Both the position numbers and the translations under genes were made by a program. A stretch of 64,000 nucleotides of DNA, taken from the human T2T-CHM13v2.0 reference genome, Homo sapiens. Of the stretch, positions 1 through 15,967 are shown one piece after another. Within the stretch, counting starts at the first letter, position 1; the number at the start of each line of letters is the position of its first letter. Under the pieces are notes generated by a model. The model saw only the letters and a program-made list of their open reading frames with translations. It searched no databases and was not told the origin of the DNA. The stretch lies in NCBI RefSeq assembly GCF_009914755.1, contig NC_060937.1; one strand, written 5' to 3'.

Positions 1-272
1 GCTGTGAGTGATGTAGGAAAAAACAAAAAACAAAACAAAAAAAAACACCCAGCAAAGCAAATTTCTACCTTTGGCAAGAGGGGAGGAAAGAGTGATGAAG
101 GCGCCAGTCCTAGGGCAAAGGGCTCTTGCTTCTGTGCAGTTATTACTTAGCCTAGTAGCTTCTGAGTGTGGCCTGCAGGACTGCCTCCTTGACCAAGCAG
201 GTAATGCAATTGCAGCAACTGCAAAGTATGAGGCAACAAGGAAGGTGCTGGCTGCAACTAAGCAGCATGAGC

Positions 273-290
273 TAGCGCCACCTAAAGGGA
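273..290 (-). promoter_or_regulatory. Candidate CTCF site
   Basis: Minus strand TCCCTTTAGGTGGCGCTA resembles the CTCF core CCACYAGRKGGCGCTA. Confidence 0.5.
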
Positions 291-774
291 TTCCTGTGCA
301 ATTCCAAGGCATTCATTCCGCACACAGCTGGTAAAGACAGGTCTGAGAGCAAAAATCTCCTTCCCCAAAACCAGTTTGTAACCCCTTTCTTAAAATCACC
401 GTGAATGTGAGAATCTAAACCCTTAACCTACTTGCTAATCCCCATTTTCAAACTAGGACTTAGAGTCCCTACAAACTACTTACTAGCAAATCCTGAGAGC
501 TTACCAGATAAGCATCTCAGGTAAACATTCTATCTATTCAGACCATTGACCCAGGAGATTTTTCCTGCTGCGTTTATTAAAACCCAAGACGAAAAGCAAG
601 AATTAATTCTGGAATAGTCTTTTACACCGTTGATACACTTCTCACATCTGTGAAAATTTTATCCATGTCTCAGTTTGCATAATTGTATTGAATGATCTGT
701 TAAGAACTGTTATAACAGCAAAAACAACAAAAAAATGCTCATTTGTTCTGCCATAATAATTGTCTATTTTATCT

Positions 775-1318
775 GAAGATGGTCAGAATATGCCACCCCA
801 AAATATGCCACTTTCACATAAGAATTATTTTGAGCTGAAGACAATTGAGAAATACCAGACATAAGAGGAATTCTCCCTCCTCCCCATTTTTGCCTAAAAG
901 TAGGGCATAAATTTCCCATTGTAAAGTTGACACAAATTTTTATTTGTAAAGGTGTTCACATCTTCCTTACTAGAAAGAGGAGAGAGCTGTTATTTGCATA
1001 ACAATCTTACCAAACAACTCTTATCTACTATATATTTTTAGTCACCTTCCCACAACTTACCTCCCCTAGGAGCCCCAATCCCCCTTTCCTTTATCTAGGT
1101 CTCCAGAATTTATCACCCTCTGTTAGGATGGTATATAAGCTATCAATTCTAACCAGCCCTCTGAGTTACTCATCAGTGAGTTCTCCCTCATGTCCTACAT
1201 ATACCATGTGTAAATAGGCTCTGGTTTTTTTTCTTCTTTTAACCTGTATTTTATCAGTTTAATTCATAGGCCTGGCACTAAACCTAAGATGATAGAGGAA
1301 AAGTTTTTAGCCCCTTAC
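775..1318 (+). mobile_element. ERV1 solo LTR, MER34-like
   Basis: Starts TGAAG...AGAATATGCCACCCCAAAATATGCCACTTT; internal TATATAA; LTR-like length. Confidence 0.7.
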
Positions 1319-1469
1319 CTATTCTTATAAGAATTATATGAAATAAGTATGCCATACTACCAACTCACTTCATGTTATTTATCATTTCATTTTCCTCCAC
1401 AAAGAGGCCAAAATCTGGTGGTTTGAAAGACCTCATTAAGTATAGGAATTAAATATAGTACTGGTGTTT

Positions 1470-2077
1470 TTGTAATTCATTACTTGCAGATTTCATACTT
1501 GCTAGTTCACCTACTCATTAAAATTCATTTTCATAGTGATTTGCAGACATGCATATGCACAGAGCAGTGACAAATTTAACTCATCTGATGCCCACATTCT
1601 AGCTGAGGTTCAACAAGGTGATGCTCTGCCTTCTCATTTCAACTCTCATACTAAAACTAGTGTTCTTTTCACAGTCTATTTAGTGCCATCTTTTTCTCAG
1701 TTTTGTGCTTTCTGTTGATTTTGCTGTTTACAATGTCCCCCACCAAATGTGGTGCTGAAGTGCTGTGTAGTGTTCCTAAAGCTGAGGAGTTCTTGAGGTG
1801 TCTTACAGAGAAAATGCATGTGTTAGATAAGCTTCGTTCAGGCATGTTACAGTGTTTGTGGTGGCAAGTTGAAAGTTAATTAATCAATAATGTAAATTAT
1901 ATATATTAAATAAGATGTCTTTAAACAGAAACACAATTAAATAGTTATATGTTTATCAGTTGATTAAAATGTTATGACCAGAGGCTTGTAGGAACCCTGT
2001 ATTTCCCCCTAGGGGCAATGACTCAGTCTTCACTACAATTATAGAGCATAACTTCCATAAATAATGAGAATCAACTG
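1470..2077. mobile_element. TcMar-Tigger DNA transposon (MER82-like)
   Basis: GTGTTAGATAAGCTTCGTTCAGGCATG core and ...AATAATGAGAATCAACTG terminus. Confidence 0.7.
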
Positions 2078-2540
2078 TCATCAGAATTGTTTGTTTCATG
2101 TGCTTCCCTACTCAGTTGACTCTAACCAAAACTGATAACAGTTGCAATAGTCTTGATGTTAAGTCACATCCATTTTAATGGAGATGTCTTCTCTGGTTTT
2201 CTCTTTAGCATCTTATAGCTTTTTTTAACAAGTCTTTTGATCTCAACCACAACTAGACCTCTCTAACACAATGTTTCCCTCTATATATGTGGCTCTCTGA
2301 TGTCAATGGATGATTTGACCAGCTTTGGTCCTGCTCATAACCCTGAGGACTGAGAAAATTAATATCTTGGTGTGCCTTTAACTGTGTTCTAAGGAGTGAG
2401 AGGTAGTGACATGAGCTATATCCAAAGGAATACTTGGAAGCCTTCTTCTAGACTTTTGATGGCCTGGGAATTCCACTGATGTCACATATGCCTTTGTAGA
2501 ATAGAGGGGATTTAACTCCGATCTCAGTCAGCACCCCCAG

Positions 2541-3536
2541 CAGGCATAGCTACATAATTTACCAGGCCCACTGAAAATGAAAACATGGGATGCCTTATGT
2601 AGGAAAAAAGTACAGTTATAGTCGCTAAAATATAAACCTTTTTCCTTTCTCTATGGTCTCTCTTCCTTAATTTGCCATGCCACTTTTTTTTTAACTTGCT
2701 ATTTAATGCTGTTCTAAGAAAATTAAAATATTAGCACACACTTTACCGTTCATTTTTTAATCGAGCACTGCCAGTTTTAAATGAAAATATATGTGCATTT
2801 AACAGAAATCCCTGAAATTACACAATCTGTATTTCATAGTTTGTACATGCGTATGTATTTTGTTCTTATCAAAGCAGTGAAAACACTGCACAAAACTCAA
2901 GAGTTTTTATTTCATTTCTTGATACTCACAGATTCTACCAACATGCTCTATCTTTAGCCTACTGAACAGGAAGGAAGAAGTGAAAGGAAAAATAACTATG
3001 GGTTTTTCTATTTTTTTCTTTTCTTTTTATGTCATTTTCAGGGTAAGTGGTTGACTAATACGGAAGTAATACAAGTGAGGAAATATATGATAAGTTTCCT
3101 TAGTCATTTGTCTTACTTAGAATTGCCTTCTTATTGCATTTGAAGCAAATTCTCATTCAAATGGAAACATGGTCCCTCTGTGTGTCAGCACCCCTGCTTA
3201 GTCATAGCTGTGATGTGTTTACTAATACTAACTATGAGTCTCACTGAACTCCCACACATCATAGGTTCCCTGGAGTTTTGTACTCATGGGACATTACAAA
3301 TGCTGCAAGTGAAAGAGGTGACAAGGAACAGCAGACATGTATATTTTGCACCTATCTTCTGCTCACATACATGTTGCATTGTCCCATCATATTTTATATA
3401 CAAAGTACAAGTTCAAAGATAAAATTATCAAGAATTTCAAGATAATGACAATGGAGCATTGAAGCAAGCCCAGGGCCCTTCTGAGCATGAGACCCTGTGA
3501 AACTGTACAAGTAACACACCAATGAAGCTGGCCCTG
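2541..3536 (-). mobile_element. hAT-Tip100 element, MER45 family (~1 kb)
   Basis: Termini CAGGCATAGCTACATAATTT... and ...ATGAAGCTGGCCCTG resemble MER45 ends. Confidence 0.7.
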
Positions 3537-4402
3537 GTACCCAGCTCAGGCTGGGCCATGCATCTGGAACCCATGTGTGGCTTCTAGAATTACTTATGGA
3601 AAACACTCACTAACCTAGAAAGGGTAATCTTGAAACAAGGAACTACTTCCAGGAGAATAATAAGCCGTTGCAACAGTGAATGTGGTCATTCAGCCTGGAT
3701 TGGTCCCAGTTATCAAAAAGGAAGCTATGGACCTAGAACTAGCTGAGCAAATTGCAGGAAGTCATTTAAAAAGGCACTGAGATGATCTCATGTTAAAAAA
3801 AAAAAAAAAAGGAAGAAAGAAATCTGAAATCTGGATCTGAGTGAGATGCCACACAGATCAGCTCAGCTCTGAAAAATACATACACCTTTAGAAAGAGATG
3901 AACATCAGCAGGTGTTTCAAAATCAATGGTGCCTGTAGGGAATGATTTGAAGAAAAGAGAGGATTTCCAGCGTATAAAGTGAAAAACTGCTCAAAGCAGA
4001 AAGATTGAAGTTGGGTCAGGGTGATAAACATAACAAGGGAAGGAGGAAGGAAAAGAGCCTGTTTTAGAAGCAGCCACACAAGTACCTTTGACAATGAGGG
4101 AGGATAGGGGATTTCATGTGAGGTGCCGTTATTTGAACTCTGTAGGTGAGAATGAGAGTTTAAACTTGAGAAAATGAGAGGAAGCAATTTCCAGAAACTG
4201 TGAGTGCAGGTAGTGAGAGGAGAAAAACCAAAGGGAGGATAATGCTGGCGGAAGGCTCTGAAAGGTGGATGGAAGGAAGAGTAAGAAAGCAGAGGCCAGA
4301 CATGGTTATTAATTGATGGTTTGGCTTTGCAGATTTGATTGTCCTTCCAAAATCATTTGTGCTTTTTAAATTTGAAATGGATTGCTATATATAGTTGTGT
4401 CT

Positions 4403-5352
4403 TGTGGCAAACAGACTCTAAGGTGGTCCCTATGGTTCCTGCCTCCAGTTTCATGCCCCTGTGTGGTCCCTTCCACTTGAATGTGCATGGCACCTTTCAC
4501 TTACTTCTAACTGTATTAGTCCTTTCTCACACTGCTATGAAGAAGTACTTGAGACTGGGTAATTTACAAAGAAAAGAAGTTTAATTGACTCACAGTTCTG
4601 CATGGCTGGGGAGCCCTCAGGAAACTTATAATCATGGTGGAACGCACCTCTTCACAGGGTGGCAGGACAGAGAATGAGTGCAAGCAGAGGAATGTCAGAT
4701 GCTTATAAAACCATCAGATCTCATGAGACTCACTCATTATCACTAGAACAGTATGGGGAAAACTGTTCCCATGATGCAATTGCCTTCATCTGATCCCACC
4801 CTTGACATGAGGCTATTGTGGACATTATAATTCCAGGTGAGATTTGGGTGGGGACACAGAGCCAAAACATATCAGGGAAGAATTCCTCAAGTGAAACCAT
4901 ATCACTAACCAACAGAAAATAGCAAAGGTAAAAGCAAGTACATGAGGTGTGTGAATTATGAAATTATGTTATATAAGACTGTGATACTTATCTTGCCAAA
5001 AGTTTCTCCCCCTTGCTAGCTTTAAAGAAACAAGCAAAAATGTTGGTAAGGCCCAGTAGCATCCAGATGACAAACAGCAAGTAACTGAGGCCTTCAGTCA
5101 AACAGGCCACTGGAACTGAATGCTGCCAATAACCATGTGAGCTGGGAAGCAGACCCTTCCCCAGTCCAGCCTCTGATGAGACATCAGCCCTGGCTGCTGC
5201 CTTCATTGCAGCCTTGTGAGACCCTGAGCAGAAAATCCAGCTATTCTGTGCCTGGATTCCAGACCCACAGAAACTGTGAGATAATAAATGTTTGTTGTTT
5301 TGCACCTTCAAGTTTGTGTCCATTTGTTACACAGCATCAATAATCAATACAT
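4403..5352 (+). mobile_element. MLT1 (ERVL-MaLR) LTR interrupted by a THE1/MST LTR
   Basis: MLT1-type text on both sides; ends AGAAACTGTGAGATAATAAATGTTTGTTGTTTT...AATACA. Confidence 0.75.
4512..4904 (-). mobile_element. THE1/MSTA LTR with CTAAC target-site duplication
   Basis: TGTATTAGTCC...AAACCATATCA; CTAAC at 4507-4511 and 4905-4909. Confidence 0.85.
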
Positions 5353-5634
5353 GTGTACAGTACTTTATAAAGTTCAAGTTGACTTTTGGGTCATTTAACT
5401 TTCCTCCCCATTTTACCTTTTCTTCAAACCCTGCTTTCTTTCCCTGAAGGCATATAAAGTCCTAAATCAAGAGTCTAGTAAGAACCCACCACATCTTTCA
5501 TTAATGCTTGAAACATAATCATAATATCTTTCAGAATTTTTTAAAAAATTATATGATAGTGTATGAAGGGGAAGGAGAGGTTCTGTTAAATATTTTCAGG
5601 GGCAAAATGGAGGAGACGACTCATTTCTATATAT

Positions 5635-6465
<831 letters not shown>

Positions 6466-6664
6466 TTTAAAGCATTCAAGTTGTGTAGTGCCTTTATACC
6501 TTAAGAATATTGTTTCTGTTTTCACACCAGGACTAATGAAATTCTCATAACTGAGGGCTAAACAGTAGAGACTGTCCTTTGTTCAAAAGTAATATAAGAG
6601 TTCCCAAAAGCTAAGGAGAACTAAGGTTACTTTTGATCTCATGCTTTTCCCTACACTCCTTGAA

Positions 6665-7060
6665 GCCAAGGCTAGCAAGACCTCGTCTCTACTAAAAATT
6701 AAAAAATTAGCTGGGCATGCTGGTATGTGCCCAGCTAATAATATTATTACATACTAAAACCACTTTTGGTAATCCAAGCACTTTGGGAGGCTGAGGTAGG
6801 AGGATCACGAGGTCAGGAGACCGAGACCATCCTGGATAACACGGTGAAACCCCGTCTCTACTAAAAATACAAAAAATTAGCCAGGCGTGGTGGCAGGCAC
6901 CTGTAGTCCCCACTACTCAGGAGGCTGAGGCAGGAGAATGGCGTGAACCTGGGAGGTGGAGCTTGCAGCGAGTCGAGTTTGTGCCACTGCACTCCAGCCT
7001 AGGCGACAGAGCGAGACTCGGTCTCAAAAAAAAGAAAAAAAAAAACAAAAACAAAAAAAA
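6665..7060 (+). mobile_element. Alu fragment followed by a 5'-clipped AluY/Sc-type element
   Basis: Alu consensus text and poly(A) tail. Confidence 0.9.
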
Positions 7061-8169
7061 ACACTTTTGTTTTCCCACTCTCTGAATCCAAAAACAAGCA
7101 AAAACACTTTACTCCATCTTTGTGGTTTTTTTGGTTCACAATAAATTACCAAACCATGAATGAAGAGACTGCCCAAAGTTATCAGTGTTCCAAATGACAT
7201 AATGACATGACCAACTATATGTTATGTGCAAGAAATTTCCCTACCAATGAGTGTATGCGCTTCCCGGAAGGAGGCTCTACTGTTGATTATAGAAGGCGAT
7301 GCAATCCTAGGTTTAATTTAGCTGCTAAGAAACTCAGAGCTAGATTCAGTGTCCAACTCTGTAACTAAACTGTGCTAGGAACAAAGTATTATTGATTCTT
7401 GTGTTCCTTCTGCTTTGTTGTTGTCCTTTTGGTGTTTTTAATTGTTCTCTGTTTTCCATTTTATTTACCTTTGTCAGCCAAAGCTTCTGAGGATAAGTAA
7501 GGCAAAAATTGCATGGAAACAAAATGGTCCTCCATTCCTTTTTATCATCAAAAAACATAAATTTCAGATTCACAAACATTAGTTCAGATTCAGTGAATGA
7601 TCACTGAACCCCTTCTACATGCCAGCAACTTTTTAAATGTTTTCATACATGTTATTAAGTCAATCCTTGCTTAGAAAAGGAATTTAGTCTCAGATCTCTG
7701 CCTTTTAGTTCAGTGTTCTGTGTTCTTTCTGTTGTATTACGGAGTTTCTCCTTGTAAGCTTGACAGGGTCTTCAAGATCATTTAATCCCAACACCTCCTT
7801 CCCCAATTTTACAGATGGACAAAATAAAGCACTGAGAGGTCACCTTGCCTCACCTTGCTTACCCAAGATCAGCTGCTAGCCAATGGAAAACTTGGGATTA
7901 AATGTCCCCAGTCTCCTGTCTCTGGGCCCACAATGTTGGCTCTCCCCAAGCTCTTTGTCTTTCCCTCCTCCTTGCCATTTAATCCTTTCCATTTTCCTGA
8001 CATCCAGGACCATGTTGTTGATTTCATTACCTCTATCTCAACAATTTGGTGATCACTTCTGGCAGATGAGTTTGCAAACTAGTACTTCCAGCTCTGAACT
8101 TCCTCTGGGGTGGCAATTTGCATCTATAATTCCCTAAAGGTCACTGAATAAAATAATTTAAACTGTTAT

Positions 8170-9435
8170 TATTTATTTATTCAATTATCCAAATAATATA
8201 TATATTATATAGTATAATATATATAATCTATACTATATATTATATAGTATAATATATTATATAGTATATTATAATATATATTATATATTATATAATATAT
8301 AATATAATATAATAAGTGATTTCTATGTGCCAGGCACTGTTCTGGGCATTGTATTCATGATACTTACTTTATGTGTGGGAGACAGACAATAAACAAAATG
8401 AATAAGGAAAGGGATAGGATGTTAGATAATGTTAAGTGTTAAAGGGAAAAACAAATGAGAGAGAGGGATATGAAGTGCCAAGGTGGGGAATTGAAATTGT
8501 ACGCAGGGTGGTCGGGAAAGACCCCACCAAGAAGGTAGCTTTTGGGTAAAATCATGAGAGAAGTAAAAGAGCAAGCATGCCTGTGTCAGGGAGAAAAGTA
8601 TTCCAGAGAGAGAGAACAGTATGTGCAAATGCCCTGAGACATAACATGCTATTGAGGAACAGCTAGGAAACCGGCATGACTGGCATGGCGTGAGCAAGAC
8701 AGCGGGAGTTGTAGGAATGAATTCAGAGAGGGAAGAAGAGAGGTAGATCGCATGGGTCTTTTAAGTCATTGTAAGGTTTTGGCTTTTCCTTGAGTGAGGG
8801 GGGCATAGCTGGGGGGTTTTAATGGGGAGTGACAGGATGACTTCTGCTGCTGAGGGAGGCTGTGTGAGGACAAGGGCAGAGGCAGGATCTGCTTAGGAGG
8901 CAATTACAGTTGTCCAGAAGAGAGGTGATGGGGGCTTGGAGATGATAAGAGGTGATCCACACCCCATATAGGGCTACATAAAGGCAGCACTGACTAGACT
9001 TACTCATGGTATAGACATGGAATGTGAGGAAAAGAGAGAAGCTCGACTTTAGCTTGACCAGTGGAAGGATGGAGTTGCCATTCAGTGAAATGGGACAATG
9101 CAGAGAGGAACAGAATTGGGAGCGGACTATCTAGGGCTCAGCTTTGGACATGTTAGGTGTAAACTGTCCTTTAGACGTCACAGCAGGAAGGTAGAGTAGG
9201 AAGTTGAGTATATGGAGCACTCCTTAGCACCGTTCTCCAACGTTTTTCTCTAAAGAATTTTTCAGCATATTGCATATTATATAGTTTACTTGTTTGTGTG
9301 TTGTCTGTCTCACCCCTCCTCCTGAGCCCAGTGGAGTGTAAAGAAATCATTTTTTTTTTTCTGTTTTGTTCATTACTTTGTATCCTAAGCTTCCAGAATA
9401 GTCCTGACACATGATCAATGCTCAAAACATAAATG
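8170..9435. mobile_element. L2 fragments (minus ~8170-9230, plus ~9230-9435) with an AT-rich insert
   Basis: CTATGTGCCAGGCACTGTTCT L2 3' signature and downstream L2 body. Confidence 0.7.
8195..8313. repeat. AT-rich low-complexity palindromic repeat
   Basis: About 120 bp almost entirely A/T (TATATTATATAGTATAA units). Confidence 0.9.
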
Positions 9436-10501
9436 TTTCACACTTGAATGGTGTCAAATCTGTTGATCTTTTACTTTTTGACTCCTAATTCGGTGTGGTC
9501 CTTAGAAACAGTGTTTCCTATCGTTACATTATAAATATATTGACTTACATTCTCTTCTAGTACTCTCATAATATTCTTTCTTAAATTTAAATTTTAATCC
9601 ATCTGTAATTTATTTTGGTGAAAGGAATAAAGTTAGGAGGCCAGCTTTATAATTTTTTAAATGGCTAGCCATTTATCCAAGCTCCATTTATTAGACAATC
9701 TGACATCTTCTTATTGAAAATCTGGTGAGATTTAGTTCTTATTCTGATATAAATATGAGCTAGTAATAAAAACCATTTTTATGCCTACTTTGCCATGATA
9801 CTTATGCCCCAAAGCAAAGGCATATATGTACCATATAAAGTGGTTAACTATAGATCATTAACTAAATTACCCACTAACACAGTGAATAACAGTCGCGAAT
9901 AACAGTTAGTGTCCTTTTACTTTTCTGTAACCAACAATTATTTCCTTCTGATTAGAAAATTGGGAGAAAGAAAAGGGATAGGCAGGAAAAGAAGGAGTCA
10001 CAAAATTTCCTACGGTCTACAGAGGGACAAGCTTAGGTGATTAATATCACTTCTGTTTATGTTGAACGAGATTTTTTTAAAAAGCAAGTAAGACGCTAGG
10101 AACAAAAAAAAAAGATACTTCTTTACCTCCATCTTCCATCTCTGTAGGATATTTTCATTTTAATTGAAAATGACAGATGGAAACAATGGTGTAAATAATC
10201 CATCAGAAAAGAAATCATGGAGTAGTCAAAGAAATTTTGCTAGAAAATCAATAACCAATATTTACAGAATTCAGAGGGTTATAATAATCCTGGGAGAGAT
10301 TCAGGATCCAAACTTTGGGTTGACTTATGAAACCAGATGCTCCATTAGAGACTGAATTTATTTTGCCGTGTGGGTTGATTTCTTTTTCTTTGCTCCAAAG
10401 AGAAAGATACCTGAACATCACCTGGGGCATCCTAAGGAAGGTGAGTCCCTGAGCCTGGATCCCTTTGGGAGTGGATGGGTCCCATGAAAAATCTTGTTTG
10501 G

Positions 10502-10802
10502 GGCTGGGTGCGGTGGCTCATGCCTGTAATCCCAGCACTTTGGGAGGCCGAGGCGAGTGGATCACTTGAGGTCAGGAGTTCAAGACCAGCCTGTCCAACA
10601 TGATGAAACCCCATCTGTACTAAAAACACAAAAATTAGCCAGGTGTAGTGGTAGGTGCTTGTAGTTGTAGCTACTTGGGAGACTGAGGCAGGAGAATCAC
10701 TTGAACCCAGGAAGCAGAGGCTGCAGTGAGCCAAGATCATGCCACTGCATGCCAGCCTGGGCAACGGAGTGAGATTCTGTCTCAAAAAAAAAAAAAAAAA
10801 AA
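10502..10802 (+). mobile_element. AluS
   Basis: Full dimer with poly(A) and a degenerate TSD. Confidence 0.95.
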
Positions 10803-13214
10803 TCCTGTTTTGCCTCTCTTGGAAATAAGAACAGGCAATGCCATTGACCCATAAAAGAAGTATAATCAAGCATTTTGAGTTCTAAGATTTGTAAAAGAAA
10901 AAGCTCCTGGGCCCAAAGAGAAAACACACCCCTTTTTCTGCAGGAAAGGGATCAGTTTGTTCAGGAACAAGAGGTGCCAAACCCTGGGATAACTGGTACC
11001 CTGGGAAAGGCCTGAATGTGGCACTGAGAGAGTTGAACTCAACAGCTGCCAGCAGAGGAGGCCACACCTTGCACACTGGGAAAGTCCAGCACCCCTGAGA
11101 AGGCAGCGGTAGACAAATGAGCGAACAGTGCATGATCCTTGCAGTATAGAGTGGATCAGCGTCACCTGCTGAACTGTTTACAGCCAGATTTCAAAATCCA
11201 CACCATGGGCTAATGAGAAATAACAGCAAGAGGAGATTAATAAATCACCAGTGCTTCCTTTGTAGGGGTGGAAATCAGACTGAGGACTACATAAGCCTCA
11301 GGCAATTTTGAGTAATTCAACAGGGGAAAGCTCAGAAAGATATTCTAGATTTCCCACTAATATAGCAAGCTGGTCACATAGCAATTAACTGGAAAAAAAG
11401 AGATGTAATCATATCTGGACTCCAAGGTTACTATCTCAGTCATGCCTGTTACTTTTTGGGGGAAAAAAAAGCCTTTTTAATCAGGGTTAGGAATACGATT
11501 TTCATTTGTTAAGTATTGAATTTGTAACAGTGATGAGGGGTAAAAGAGCAAAATTTTATCTGCCTTTGTTTCTTTAAATTTTGTTCAGGAAGTGTATAAT
11601 CTCCAGTGGGGGCAGGGGAGATGTATAATGCCTTATTTCCTTCGTTTAAATAAATAGACATTATTTTTATGTTTTAGGGCCTAATAAAAAAAAATAGTTC
11701 AGATTAGGATTGCAGGTTAAAATTAGCCTTGGCCAAATAGCACGTATCTGAGAGCAGCGGATTCTAATTTTAATCACAGGGAATAGCCAAAGAAGCTGGA
11801 AATAAAAATTCAACAATAAATATGTATTTCCAGAGAGTTTAAAATATTTACAAAAATTCCTAATTACACCTCACCATTTTGATGTAATTTCTGAGGATAT
11901 ATTTTTAGGACTTTGCATTTCTTTCTATTCTTTCTCTTCACAATTAAATCCATAGATATCCACCTTGCATTCCAATGAAGTTAAATCTACCCCCACTTGG
12001 TTTCCATCTTTGTCTCACGTGTGTTATTTGTGAAATTTATCACTAGTATTAATCCTTCTCTCTCTTTTTTTTTTTTTTTTGCTTCATTTGGCATTCGCTT
12101 TTCTAAAATATTAAGGGGTAAACATTAAATTAAATATTCAAATAGGTGCACAAATACTGCAGGAGAGAAAAACCTAACAATTCTGTTGAAACTGAGCTGT
12201 TACCTGACAGGTGACACACAGCACAACATAGCTCACAATTTTTTTTGGTTCAACGATATAAGCAAATCCAATGTGCAATTTGTAAGGCAGGCCTAAAGTG
12301 TCAGTGCATAATTTCTGGAAGAATATGTTATAGTACAACAGTCAAATGTGTGAAAGACAACAAAATATACAAAGACAAATAAATGACCTCTGGAAGGTTA
12401 AAATTCTAAGTCAAAGCCTCCAAGGATTTGGACACATGCTGAGCAGAGAGAAGACTCTTCATTTCTCTTGACTGTTTTGTAAGGCAGTAAATAGCTCAAG
12501 CTCCAGACTGAGCAGTGAGGAGCTAATCAGCTCTTTTCCTCCCAATCACCCAAACCCCTCTGCCTCTCTCCCACCCCAAAGCTAAGCCCAGCAGGCAAAC
12601 CAAGAAAACAGGAGGCTGTGATTATCCAAAGTATGCCTGTAGTAAGTCCAACCTGAGCCCGCCATTAAAGCTGTTCATCTCTTAGAAAGAATTGGAAACT
12701 GGGAACATTTTCTCTGGTTTCACTAGCAGAAAAAATGCAATCGGTAATGAAGCAGAAGCACCATGTCAACTGCTTAAAGTTCACTCACATTTAACATTTC
12801 ACACACCATTTACATTCCAGTTCTCTCTCCACCAAGTGGAAAAGGCAATGGTGCCCTTTGGGGCTTAGCAGGATGGTTGGATCTCCTTGAAGTGCTTCCC
12901 TCTCTGTCACTCTTCCTTTTCTTCATTTCTCACTCAGTGGTGAGAGATCTTGATGCCAACTGGAACCACCTGTACCTCAGTGACCCACCTGAGCACCAAA
13001 AAATCACACAGGTTCTTCTGCCATGAGTGAAAGAGCAATGAGCTTACAGAGCTAAGTCCCACTTAGCTTTTCAAATATCTTTATGTACTCTGAAGAGCCT
13101 ATATTTGAGTTCTGAAGCCAGGATTTCTTGTCTTGATCCATGAAATCTAACCTGCTGCACTAGATTTACCTAAAAGGTATTCCAAAAAGATTTTACGAAT
13201 AATAGCAACATTTA

Positions 13215-14690
<1,476 letters not shown>

Positions 14691-14714
14691 CTAAATATTA
14701 TTGAGCAACTTCTC

Positions 14715-15075
14715 TGTTTCAAGTTGAATCCCAAAATTCATATGTTCAAGTCCCAACTCCCAGTACCTCAGAAAGGAACCATATTTGGAGCCAGGACCTT
14801 TAAAGAGGTGAGTAAGTTAAAATGAGGCTGTTAGGATGGGTCCTAATCCAACCTGGCCAGTGCCCTTGTGAGAAGAGGAAAGTTGGACACACAAAAAGAC
14901 CCCAGGCATGTGCAGATGCGCAGAGGAAAGACTGAAGAGGCAGCAAAAGCATGACTACCTGCAAGCTAAGAAGAAAGGCCTCAGGAGAAACCAACCCTAC
15001 CGACACCTTGATCTTGGATTTCCAGCCTCCAAACTGTGAGAAATACATTTCCATTGTTTAAACCACCCCATCTAA
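14715..15075 (+). mobile_element. MLT1B-like LTR
   Basis: CCCAAAATTCATATGTT...CAGCCTCCAAACTGTGAGAAATACATTTC. Confidence 0.8.
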
Positions 15076-15967
15076 TGACAGGCACTGTTCTGAAGAAGTT
15101 ACATAGATTAACTCAATTCATTCTAACAACAGCCTCTGTGTGTGTGTAAATGGAACAAGAGGGGCATCAACATCCTTCTGCAGACAGGGAAACTAAAGTC
15201 CAGAGCAGTTAGAAAATACAAGTTAAAGAAAAATTACATGCTAAATAAATGATTGAGCTAGAATTTAAATGCCCGTTCTCTGTCTGCCTCCAGAGGCCAT
15301 GCTGAACCACTACATGCTCCTGTTTCTGTATATTGCTGGCATCCTTCACTATGAATTGCTACATCACTCCGTTTCTTGCAATCTTTAAAGAACAAAGAAA
15401 AAAAAATTTTTTTACTCACTTAAAAACATGGAATATGGTATCTACAAATAAATAAGCAAGAAAGCCAATGCTTCTGTTTCCTCATTTTCTTTTTAAATTC
15501 TCTGAAGATGAGTTCATTAGTTAAGATTATTTATCTTGTAAGAGAAACCCCCAACTCAAACTGGTCTAAATTAATTTTTTTAAGTGGCTACTTCTAAATT
15601 AAATTAAATTTTTTAATAAGTGGCCACTATAAATCCTCTAGCAGGTAAGATGGCTGCTACATTTCCAGCCTTCACATCTTCACATCATGTGACTCAGGGG
15701 TGAGACCTGGTCTTTGGGCCTCATTTCTCAGAACCCTCAGCAAAAGTGCCTTTCCATTATTTGGCTTTCAGTTTCACATTCATGGCTGAGACACCATGGC
15801 CAAGGGTCTGGAATAGAGTAATTTGTTTAAGACAGTTAGATTCCCATCCAAATCACAGAGCTGAGGGTCTCAGGATGGAGATGGAAGGAACTTCCCAAAG
15901 CCTTGTTGGAGGTTGCCAGAGGCTGGTGGGAGGAGGCATAGGGAGGGAGTTACCATTTAATGGGTAC

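Noticed and set aside
8170-9435. Oppositely oriented L2 fragments as a miR-28-type hairpin source
   Set aside because: The L2 3' tails point away from each other and are ~1.2 kb apart, so the tail-to-tail junction is absent
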